This document shows positions 28,766-35,888 of a stretch of 64,000 bases of DNA, piece by piece (position 1 is the first letter of the stretch; each line of letters starts with the position of its first letter). Both the position numbers and the translations under genes were made by a program. The DNA is from Clostridiales bacterium (GTDB lineage Bacteria > Bacillota > Clostridia > Christensenellales > CAG-138): contig JAILNX010000011.1 of NCBI GenBank assembly GCA_024691085.1, positions 27,301 to 91,300 on the forward strand, read 5' to 3'. The notes beneath the pieces are model-generated. The model was not told where the DNA came from, searched no databases, and saw only the letters and a program-made list of their open reading frames with translations.

Positions 28766-29758
28766 TTAAACCGGGAACTGTCTCCAGTCGTGTTTCAATA
28801 AAACGAGCTCCAAATACTTTTCGTCCTTCATCGTGCCGGAGATCTTCATGAACGCCGTGTCTGAAAGATCGGCGATAAGCCCCAACAGTTCCTTCTGCGT
28901 GAACCTTTTCGCCGCATCGAACGCTTTTTCGTTCGCGTACCTGTTCCCCTCCATCGCGTTCGCTACGTCGCGCTTCTGCCTTCCCGCGTCGATCCCCCGT
29001 CTTGCTTCGAGCATCAGCTTGAACCTCGACACGAGGAAGCTGGATATGCTTATCGGTTCGTTTCCCTCGTCGATAAGCGCGTGAAGCGCCGTAATGCCGT
29101 CGCCCGGCTTGCCGTAGGTGAACAAATCGAGCATATCGAATATCCTTACGTCCACAGCAGTTCTCACGCAGAGGTCAATATCCTGCGCGGAGACCGTCCC
29201 GCCCTCGCCGACGAAGTCGATGAGTTTATCGGTCTCGCTGACAAGATTCGCCATATCGGTCCCCACGACGCGCACGAGAAGCTGAGCCATATCGCGGTTG
29301 AGAAGGACGCCCCTCTCCCCCATGTGTTTTATGCTCCACGCGGCGCATTCATTGGGCGCCAGTCTATCGAATACGACCTCACGGCCGTTTTGAGAGGCGT
29401 ATTTCAGAACGGAGCTGTTCTGCGCCAGCTTTCCCTTGAACAGGACCAGAAGGAGCGTTTCGTCGGGAACGTTTTTGAAGCACTCGATGTACTTCGAAGC
29501 ATCCCCGCCGTCGGCAAGCTCCGTCACCGTGACTATCCTCTTTTCGGCGAACACGGGCAGTACCTCGCAGCACTCCGCAAGATCCTGAACGGTGGGCTTT
29601 GCAAGATTCGCCGAGTTGAACGGTCGAAGATCCTCGTCTATCATGCCAAGCGCGAGCCTTACCGCCTGCGATTTGACGTACTCCTCCTCGCCGTGAAGGA
29701 TGAACGTTCCTCCCGGCAGGCCGTTTCTTATGAGTTTGAAGAATTCCGAATGGTTCAT
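28766..29758 (-). CDS. holA: DNA polymerase III delta subunit
   Basis: 330 aa. The size, helical C-terminal half and the conserved comEC-holA neighbourhood of Firmicutes support the call. The start overlaps the comEC stop by 4 nt. Confidence 0.8.
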   Translation of the reverse strand: MNHSEFFKLIRNGLPGGTFILHGEEEYVKSQAVRLALGMIDEDLRPFNSANLAKPTVQDLAECCEVLPVFAEKRIVTVTELADGGDASKYIECFKNVPDETLLLVLFKGKLAQNSSVLKYASQNGREVVFDRLAPNECAAWSIKHMGERGVLLNRDMAQLLVRVVGTDMANLVSETDKLIDFVGEGGTVSAQDIDLCVRTAVDVRIFDMLDLFTYGKPGDGITALHALIDEGNEPISISSFLVSRFKLMLEARRGIDAGRQKRDVANAMEGNRYANEKAFDAAKRFTQKELLGLIADLSDTAFMKISGTMKDEKYLELVLLKHDWRQFPV

Positions 29759-31287
29759 GCCTTGATTATACTCAAAACGAGGCTCAATGTAAACAGAATT
29801 AATACGGGTATCGCGGCGATCAGCCGCTTTTTTATCGGCCTTAAGACGTACGGCGAGATAATGAACAACAAGAGCAGCATTAAAAATCCGCTTACGGCGG
29901 GCGGTCTTGTGACATCTATTCGCGCGTAAGGAAGGTTTGCGATAAACGAGAGCATCTTCTGCGCGCCGCCGATCAGCTTATCCGGCGCCCACGATACGAA
30001 ACCCGCAAGCGTCGGGAACGGAAAACTTAATACGAGCATAGAGAAACTCATTACGATCGCCGCGGAATAGACAGGAACCGCGATAATGTTTGCGGGGATC
30101 GAGTAGGTATTCACATAGCCGAAGCATCGTGCCGTTATCAATGCAGTCGCGAGCAGTGCGGAAAACGTTACGGCGATCGTTCCCGTAATCCTATTTACCG
30201 CGCGGGATCGGGAATTGACTGTCCCGATCTCTGCAAATAGTATTATGCCGAGCATCGCGGCGAAAGAAAGCCTGAAACCCACCGACCACAGCTCATAGGG
30301 CGATACGAGAACTATCACAATAGCGGCAAGCGAAAGCGACGACATCGGATCGCGCCTTCGGTCAAACAGATCCGCCAACAGAACAGCCGCGGTCATGATC
30401 GACGCCCTGACGAGCGACGGAGGGAACGCGGCGACAGCGCAGTAAGCGGCGAGGAACAGTACGATAAAGATGAATCGAAGCTTTCTGAACCTTCTCGGGA
30501 ATATCGCAGTAAGCAGTCCCGCAAGCACTCCGACGTGGAAGCCGGAAAGGGACAGAAGATGCGCCGTGCCTGTGATGCGAAAGCTCTCAAGCTCATCATA
30601 ATCAATTTCCGATCTGTCGCCTAAAAGAAAGCCCGATACCGTGGCAGCGTTGTCCGGGAACAGTTCAAATATTCTATTCTTTATCGCGCTTCTTACTGAA
30701 AGTATGAGCCTTTTAAGCTTCATGCCGCCTGTCGCGGACGTCTCGAAGCTAACGCATTTCGCGGAGAACGAATAGCCGTTCGACAGATTTCTTCTGTTCC
30801 CTTCCGAATGACCGGAAAAGTCTTTTTCGACGAACACGTCGGCGCTTACGGAATCCCCGACGCTCGGCAGCTGCGCGCCGTCTGACGTCACGCAGAGTCT
30901 GACGGGGTATCTGAGCCTCCTCCCGTTCAGCCTTACTCCGTCTACGATCACGGAGCTGCTTCCGATCTCGGAGACCGACGATACCGTTCCCGAAAGAGAA
31001 TAGTTCCCCGTTTCCACGCCGTCCGGCGTCGCGAAGAACATCCTGATAACGCCTACAGCAAAGGCCGTGAGAAACAGAAAGATCGCGGTCTTTTTCTTTA
31101 CGAGCAGTATTGCCGCTCCGGAGGCCGCAAGGACAAACAGTCCTGCCGCGATCGGGATAAGAGCAATTTTTTTCGCGCAAAAGCCCGCAAGCGTTTCAAA
31201 CAGTAAAACGCCCGACAGTAAACCGACCGCCATGAAAAGAAGCGGCCGGAAGTTCAGTATTCTGTTCGGATCGTCCTTATCAAACAC
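29755..31287 (-). CDS. comEC: ComEC/Rec2 family DNA internalization channel protein (no metallo-beta-lactamase domain)
   Basis: 510 aa and polytopic. The competence-domain block is ..FRITGTAHLLSLSGFHVGVL.. No HxHxDH motif occurs anywhere in the ORF. Confidence 0.8.
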   Translation of the reverse strand: MFDKDDPNRILNFRPLLFMAVGLLSGVLLFETLAGFCAKKIALIPIAAGLFVLAASGAAILLVKKKTAIFLFLTAFAVGVIRMFFATPDGVETGNYSLSGTVSSVSEIGSSSVIVDGVRLNGRRLRYPVRLCVTSDGAQLPSVGDSVSADVFVEKDFSGHSEGNRRNLSNGYSFSAKCVSFETSATGGMKLKRLILSVRSAIKNRIFELFPDNAATVSGFLLGDRSEIDYDELESFRITGTAHLLSLSGFHVGVLAGLLTAIFPRRFRKLRFIFIVLFLAAYCAVAAFPPSLVRASIMTAAVLLADLFDRRRDPMSSLSLAAIVIVLVSPYELWSVGFRLSFAAMLGIILFAEIGTVNSRSRAVNRITGTIAVTFSALLATALITARCFGYVNTYSIPANIIAVPVYSAAIVMSFSMLVLSFPFPTLAGFVSWAPDKLIGGAQKMLSFIANLPYARIDVTRPPAVSGFLMLLLLFIISPYVLRPIKKRLIAAIPVLILFTLSLVLSIIKA

Positions 31288-31663
31288 GCATTACGGCCAT
31301 CGCTTCGATCTCGACGAGACCTCCCGCGGGAAGGCAGGCTACCTCAACGCAGGAACGTGCAGGATGAGGCTTGGGGATTAGCATGCCATAGAGCTTGTTC
31401 ACAAGCGGGAAATCCGACATGTTCTTTACAAATACCGTTGTCTTAACAAGGCAGTCGAGCCCGGATCCTGCCTCTTCGAGAATGCTTTTCAGATTGTTGA
31501 TGGCCTGGATCGTCTGCGCCTCAACGCCGTCCGTGAGCTTGCCCGTTTCGGGATTGATGCCGAGCTGACCGGAAGTGAATATCATCTTTCCGACCATGAC
31601 CGCGTGGCAGTAGGGGCCGATCGCTTCGGGCGCGTTCTTCGCGTTGAAATTGTTTTTAAGCAT
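31280..31663 (-). CDS. ridA: RidA/YjgF family reactive-intermediate deaminase
   Basis: I moved the start to ATG 31663 (GGAGG 9 nt upstream). The 127-aa product has APEAIGPYCHAV.. and a C-terminal ARSCVEVA.LP....EIE. Confidence 0.85.
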   Translation of the reverse strand: MLKNNFNAKNAPEAIGPYCHAVMVGKMIFTSGQLGINPETGKLTDGVEAQTIQAINNLKSILEEAGSGLDCLVKTTVFVKNMSDFPLVNKLYGMLIPKPHPARSCVEVACLPAGGLVEIEAMAVMRV

Positions 31664-32153
31664 TTGTGTCATCCTCCAAATCGTGAGTGTTTTTTTCAAA
31701 GGTTTCTATAATGCAGTCATTCCAAAGAATGAGCGCATTTTCGCCTGTATCGGTGTAGTAATGCTTCCTTGTCCCCGCGTAAGCGAAGCCGAGCGAAGCG
31801 TAAAGTCTCTGCGCGTTATGGTTGTTTTCCCTGACCTCGAGCGTCATCCTCTCCGCGCCGTGCTTCAAAGCAGTCTCCATAAGTTTAAGGATCATCTTCC
31901 TGCCTATACCGCGGCATCGGTATTCGGGATCGACGGCGATATTAGTCATATGCGCTTCGTCGAACATAATCCAGACTCCGGCGTAGCCGACTACCGTGCC
32001 GTCGCATACCGCAACGACGTAATACGCCACGTCGTTCGAAAGCTCGCCCAGAAGCGAATTGTAGCTCCACGGCGTTCTGAAACAGATCGCCTCGAGCTCA
32101 GCGACCCTTTTTACATCCTCCGCCGTCATTCTTCTTAATACTGTGTCACTCAT
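31656..32153 (-). CDS. rimI: GNAT acetyltransferase, ribosomal-protein-alanine N-acetyltransferase type
   Basis: I moved the start to ATG 32153 (AGGTGAAG upstream). The 165-aa product has the GNAT motif A (..VDPEYRCRGIGRKMI..) and a RimI-like N-terminus (..ELEAICFRTPWS..). Confidence 0.75.
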   Translation of the reverse strand: MSDTVLRRMTAEDVKRVAELEAICFRTPWSYNSLLGELSNDVAYYVVAVCDGTVVGYAGVWIMFDEAHMTNIAVDPEYRCRGIGRKMILKLMETALKHGAERMTLEVRENNHNAQRLYASLGFAYAGTRKHYYTDTGENALILWNDCIIETFEKNTHDLEDDTNA

Positions 32154-32157
32154 TACT

Positions 32158-32811
32158 TCACCTGTTGTTTTGTTCAAAGGCGCAGCAGACGGTAATCGCG
32201 TAAACCCTGTCGGCGCCGTATTTTTTCAGTTCCTTCGCGCACTCGGAAAGCGTCGCGCCCGTAGTTCTTACGTCGTCGACGAGGAGTATGCTCAAGCCCT
32301 TTGCGCCCTCATCCGCCGCGAAGGCGTCCTTTACGTTCCGCTTTCTTCCCGCCTCCGTCAGCCTCGTCTGCTGACCTGTGTTCCTCGTTCTTACGAGAAG
32401 CCCCGCGTTAAGCTCCGCTCCGATCCTCTCGCAGAGCGCCTCTGTGATCAGCTCCGACTGGTTATATCCCCTTTTCATCTCGCGTCTATAATAGAGCGGC
32501 ACGGGAAGCACGGCGTCTATCTTCCAATGATCGGGTATCGTGAGAGCGTCGGCAAGAGGCTTTGCGAGATATCGAGCGTTATTGTACTTCAGCCGTTTGA
32601 TCATTCGGGACGAAACGTCGTTGTAGACGTACGCAGCAGTATAGCCGTCAACGAACTTCGGCGGCTCAGCGGCGTTGAATACCTCAAGCCCCGAGCGGCA
32701 GTCGGCGCAGAAGCCGTCCCCGTCGGTGACCGCCTCGCGTCCGCAGGAGAAACAGGCGGCTTTCTCGGGGAATAAGGCGTCGAGTATAGCTTTTTTAAGT
32801 TCCTTTATCAC
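32158..32811 (-). CDS. comFC: ComF family protein (ComFC, PRTase-like)
   Basis: The likely start is GTG 32811, overlapping the recD2 TGA (GTGA). The 217-aa product has an N-terminal 4-Cys finger (CFSCGR..CADC) and a C-terminal PRTase motif ILLVDDVRTTGATL. Confidence 0.8.
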   Translation of the reverse strand: MIKELKKAILDALFPEKAACFSCGREAVTDGDGFCADCRSGLEVFNAAEPPKFVDGYTAAYVYNDVSSRMIKRLKYNNARYLAKPLADALTIPDHWKIDAVLPVPLYYRREMKRGYNQSELITEALCERIGAELNAGLLVRTRNTGQQTRLTEAGRKRNVKDAFAADEGAKGLSILLVDDVRTTGATLSECAKELKKYGADRVYAITVCCAFEQNNR

Positions 32812-35012
32812 TCGCGGGAAAACCCTCTGCCGTCCGAAAGCTCGGAAAGAAAGAACCCCAGCGCGGAGTAGCGCTTCGCGCTTTGCGTATTGTTTATCAT
32901 GCCCTCGACGCATTTGGCGGAGCCGACTATGACCACCCTGTTCCTCGCGCGGGTAACCGCCGTATAGAGGATATTGCGGTTCATGAGCACTCTCGGCCCG
33001 TAAACGAGTGGGATTATCACCGTCGAAAACTCGCTGCCCTGGCTCTTGTGCACGGAAACGGCGTAGGCAAGCTCAATATCTTCGAGCTCCTCACGGCCGA
33101 AGCTGACCATGCGCTCGTCGTCGAACAGTATCCTTATCACGTTTCCCGACGCGTCGATATCCATAACGGTGCCGATATCGCCGTTGTATACGCCGCTTCC
33201 CTCCTCCGCCGTCCTTAAGCGTTTCCACTCGATATCGTAGTTGTTCCTCGTCTGCATGACGCGGTCGCCAACGCGAAGCACGTTTGATTCGCCAAGCAGG
33301 ATCTGTCTTTTATCCGCCGCGGGAGGATTGATCGCCTCCTGAAGTTTAAGGTTAAGATTGTTGACGCCTATTATGTTCGCCTTCATCGGAGCGAGTATCT
33401 GAAAATCGCTTTCGCCTTTTTCGGAAAGCTCCCTGCCGAGCTTTACCACGTACTCGAGAGACATCTCCATATCGGGAATGGAAATGAACTGAAAATCGTC
33501 TTCCGTTTCGGAGAGAACAGGAAGCCTCCCCGAATTGATCCTGTGAGCGTTAAGAACGATCATGCTCCTGCCCGCCTGCCTGTGGATCACGGTAAGCCTT
33601 ACGACGGGGAGCGTGTCGGAAAGTATCAGATCGCGGAGAACGTTGCCGGGACCGACCGACGGGAGCTGATCGAAATCGCCGACCATGATGAGCCGCGTGC
33701 CTTCGCTTATCGCCTTCACGAGCGAGTGGAACAGCGAGATGTCGACCATGCTCATCTCGTCGATTATGACAGCGTCGGCCTTGAGCGTGTTCGATTCGTC
33801 CATTCTGAAGGTCTCGCCGCCCTGTCCGCCGTATCCCAGCAGGCGGTGTATCGTCCTTGCCTCCCTGCCGGTCGTATCGGTTATGCGTTTTGCCGCGCGG
33901 CCTGTCGGCGCCGCGAGCTCGTATTTAAGCTCGAGACGCTCCAAAATCTCAATTATGAACCTGAGTATCGTCGTTTTGCCCGTGCCGGGACCGCCCGTAA
34001 TTACCAAAACTCCGTCGGTGAATGCCTTTCTGACGGCTTCCCTCTGTACCTCATCCAGCTCTACGCCGTATTTTTTCTCCAATGAGTCGATCTCGCCGTC
34101 GAGGTCGAAGAGCCTGATCACTCTTGCATTGTTCATGATGTCGAATAAGCCGACGGCGCTGTCAAGCTCGTGCGAGTAAAGATATGAAAGGAAAAGCATA
34201 TCCTCGCCGTCTATATGCTTTTCGATCAGTTCTCCCGACATGATCATTCCTTCAGCGGCCTGTTCGGTCGGGTCAATCTCAACTCCGAGGACCTCGTTGG
34301 CCGCTCTCATTATTACGATCTCTTTGGGGAGGCAGGTATTGCCGTCGTTCCTCGCCTCAGACAGGACGTATCTTATGCCCGCCTTGATCCTGAACGGCGA
34401 ATCGTGGTCGATGCCGGCCTTCTCGGCGATCTTGTCCGCAGTCTTGAAGCCGATCGATTCAACGTCGGCTATAAGCCTGTACGGGTTCTCGCGGATGAAC
34501 CGGACGGCGTTTTCGCCGTAGAGCTTAAAAACCTTGTTAGCCTGGTTGACCGTCAGCCCAAGCTCGTTAAGCCCCATGAATATCTCGTGTACGCCTACCT
34601 TCTCCATATAGGAATCGTGTATCATCTTCGACTTGATCATACCGATGCCGGGAAGTTTTTCGAGCCTTGACGGAAAGTTTTTAATGACGTCGAGCGCATC
34701 CTCGCCGAACTCGTTCACGATAGCTCTCGCGGTCGGAAGCCCGACGCCCTTTATCATGCCGCTAGAAAGATAGCTTACAAGCGCTTCGCGTCCGGCTAAC
34801 GGAACAGGAGAAACGGATTCTACGGAAAACTGTCTGCCGTAGACCTTGTGGACCTTCCATTCGCCCGCGAGCTCGAGCTTTTCGCCTTCAAAAACAGCGG
34901 GCATCATGCCGACGCCCACGAACTTGAGATTTGTTTCGTCAACAAAATTGACGACAGTCCATCCGCTGTCTCCGCGGAACTTGATCGAATTTACAGTCGC
35001 GACGATATTCAT
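32808..35012 (-). CDS. recD2: RecD2-type SF1 5'-3' DNA helicase
   Basis: 734 aa with Walker A GGPGTGKTT, DEMSMVD (motif II), VGDFDQLPSVGPG and a C-terminal SVHKSQGSEF block. Confidence 0.88.
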   Translation of the reverse strand: MNIVATVNSIKFRGDSGWTVVNFVDETNLKFVGVGMMPAVFEGEKLELAGEWKVHKVYGRQFSVESVSPVPLAGREALVSYLSSGMIKGVGLPTARAIVNEFGEDALDVIKNFPSRLEKLPGIGMIKSKMIHDSYMEKVGVHEIFMGLNELGLTVNQANKVFKLYGENAVRFIRENPYRLIADVESIGFKTADKIAEKAGIDHDSPFRIKAGIRYVLSEARNDGNTCLPKEIVIMRAANEVLGVEIDPTEQAAEGMIMSGELIEKHIDGEDMLFLSYLYSHELDSAVGLFDIMNNARVIRLFDLDGEIDSLEKKYGVELDEVQREAVRKAFTDGVLVITGGPGTGKTTILRFIIEILERLELKYELAAPTGRAAKRITDTTGREARTIHRLLGYGGQGGETFRMDESNTLKADAVIIDEMSMVDISLFHSLVKAISEGTRLIMVGDFDQLPSVGPGNVLRDLILSDTLPVVRLTVIHRQAGRSMIVLNAHRINSGRLPVLSETEDDFQFISIPDMEMSLEYVVKLGRELSEKGESDFQILAPMKANIIGVNNLNLKLQEAINPPAADKRQILLGESNVLRVGDRVMQTRNNYDIEWKRLRTAEEGSGVYNGDIGTVMDIDASGNVIRILFDDERMVSFGREELEDIELAYAVSVHKSQGSEFSTVIIPLVYGPRVLMNRNILYTAVTRARNRVVIVGSAKCVEGMINNTQSAKRYSALGFFLSELSDGRGFSRE

Positions 35013-35140
35013 GCTGGTATTATATCACAGTGCTTAAGGAATTGGCAATATAAATAAGAAATCGAAGCGCCAAAGGCATGCATTCGGATTAACGGTCTTA
35101 CCGTGCGGAAATCGATGGGGTAATTTCAAACAAATATATG

Positions 35141-35169
35141 TTGACAATCGTAAAAAATGTTGTATAATA
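35141..35169 (+). promoter_or_regulatory. consensus sigma-A promoter for tRNA-Tyr
   Basis: TTGACA (35141-35146), 17-nt spacer ending tgt (extended -10), TATAAT (35164-35169), about 20 nt before the tRNA 5' end. Confidence 0.8.
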
Positions 35170-35190
35170 TCACCTGTTACAAATGAATAC

Positions 35191-35275
35191 GGACGGGTTC
35201 CCGAGCGGCCAAAGGGAGCGGACTGTAAATCCGTTGTCACAGACTACGATGGTTCGAATCCATCCCCGTCCACCA
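35191..35275 (+). tRNA. tRNA-Tyr (anticodon GTA), class II with long variable arm, CCA encoded
   Basis: Acceptor GGACGGG/CCCGTCC + A + CCA. Anticodon stem GCGGA/TCCGT with loop CTGTAAA. Long variable arm. T-arm GATGG-TTCGAAT-CCATC. Confidence 0.93.
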
Positions 35276-35309
35276 AACTAAAGGACAGGCATTGCCTGTC
35301 CTTTAGTTT
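35276..35309 (+). terminator. long perfect hairpin directly after tRNA-Tyr
   Basis: aactaaaggacaggc (35276-35290) pairs with gcctgtcctttagtt (35294-35308) around a 3-nt loop. The pairing can extend to the A of CCA (35275) with t35309. A U-rich tail lies partly inside the stem. Confidence 0.6.
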
Positions 35310-35406
35310 GGTCAGCAAGCTTTTTTCGAGCCATCAAGAAATCGCTTACGATTTCTTTAAGCGCAGCGGAAAAAAGTGAGGCAGGAACAAAATACTCGCT
35401 GTGCGA

Positions 35407-35432
35407 GGTTCAGAATCCATCCCCGTCCACCA
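35407..35432 (+). repeat. orphan copy of the tRNA-Tyr 3' end (T-loop to CCA) with 1-nt insertion
   Basis: ggttcAgaatccatccccgtccacca compared with tRNA 35251-35275 ggttcgaatccatccccgtccacca. No matching 5' acceptor strand or intact T-stem lies upstream. Confidence 0.85.
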
Positions 35433-35469
35433 ATAAAGCAACCTCCATGAATTGGAGGTTGCTTTATTG
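35431..35469 (+). terminator. 17-bp perfect hairpin directly after the tRNA-Tyr fragment
   Basis: caataaagcaacctcca (35431-35447) / tggaggttgctttattg (35453-35469) with a 5-nt loop. The left arm begins inside the CCA of the fragment. Confidence 0.55.
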
Positions 35470-35505
35470 ATAAATGATAAGTATTTAGAGCTATCAAAAA
35501 ACAGC

Positions 35506-35616
35506 GGAGCTTACCGGATTCTGAACCGTGCGATGAATTCGGAAAGAGCTTACCGGATTCAGAACCGCGCGATGCGAGACCAAAGCTTACCGGATTCTGA
35601 ACCGCGCGATGCGAGA
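35506..35616 (-). repeat. three tandem 37-39-nt units each containing a tRNA-Ala 3'-end look-alike
   Basis: Units lie at 35506-35535, 35546-35579 and 35584-35616 and share agcttaccggattc[t/a]gaaccg[t/c]gcgatg. Twenty positions equal tRNA-Ala 35744-35763 (agcttaccggattcgaaccg) except for one inserted base. Confidence 0.85.
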
Positions 35617-35700
35617 AGTTGGTCTTTGATTCGTGTTTTTCTACGCATCGCTTTGAATATCCCTGCGGGATATTCCCGGCTCAAATAATAAAAGTCTTTA

Positions 35701-35740
35701 CCAATGAAAAAGAGACGTATCAACGTCTCTTTTTCATTGG
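35701..35740. terminator. perfect hairpin directly after tRNA-Ala (minus-strand sense), overlapping its CCA
   Basis: ccaatgaaaaagagacgt (35701-35718) / acgtctctttttcattgg (23-40) form 18 bp with a 4-nt loop. A T-run lies in the distal arm on either strand. Confidence 0.65.
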
Positions 35741-35814
35741 TGGAGCTTACCGGATTCGAACCGGTGATCTCTACACTGCCAGTGTAGCGCGATAGCCAAC
35801 TTCGCTAAAGCCCC
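35738..35814 (-). tRNA. tRNA-Ala (anticodon GGC), CCA encoded
   Basis: The reverse complement is GGGGCTTTAGCGAAGTTGGCTATCGCGCTACACTGGCAGTGTAGAGATCACCGGTTCGAATCCGGTAAGCTCCACCA. It has a 7-bp acceptor stem with the G3:U70 alanine identity pair, anticodon loop CTGGCAG, and T-arm ACCGG-TTCGAAT-CCGGT. Confidence 0.93.
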
Positions 35815-35838
35815 AAGGCATTTACAACCTGCTTTGCT

Positions 35839-35867
35839 ATTATACTTCAAATAGCTTCGGTTGTAAA
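35839..35867 (-). promoter_or_regulatory. sigma-A-type promoter for tRNA-Ala
   Basis: In minus-strand sense: TTTACA (35867-35862), 17 nt, TATAAT (35844-35839), about 25 nt before the tRNA 5' end. Confidence 0.7.
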
Positions 35868-35888
35868 GCACCTTTTTAAAGTATATTA

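Noticed and set aside
35034-35240. 68-aa minus-strand ORF across the tRNA-Tyr promoter and gene
   Set aside because: It overlaps a well-folded tRNA and its consensus promoter, with no coding signal.
35506-35616. Possible miniature CRISPR array (three direct repeats)
   Set aside because: The repeats are separated by only 4-10 nt, there are no spacer-sized inserts and no cas genes in the window. The repeat is derived from the adjacent tRNA-Ala.
35452-35688. 78-aa ORF with a repeated AYRI(L/Q)NRAM peptide
   Set aside because: It is simply the translation of the tandem tRNA-Ala-like DNA units. It has no ribosome-binding site and begins inside a hairpin, so it is not considered coding.
35013-35888. 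Intact integrative element or prophage at the tRNA genes
   Set aside because: Duplicated tRNA 3' ends are present, but the whole intergenic space is under 0.5 kb. It has no integrase, excisionase or any credible ORF. At most it is a scar.
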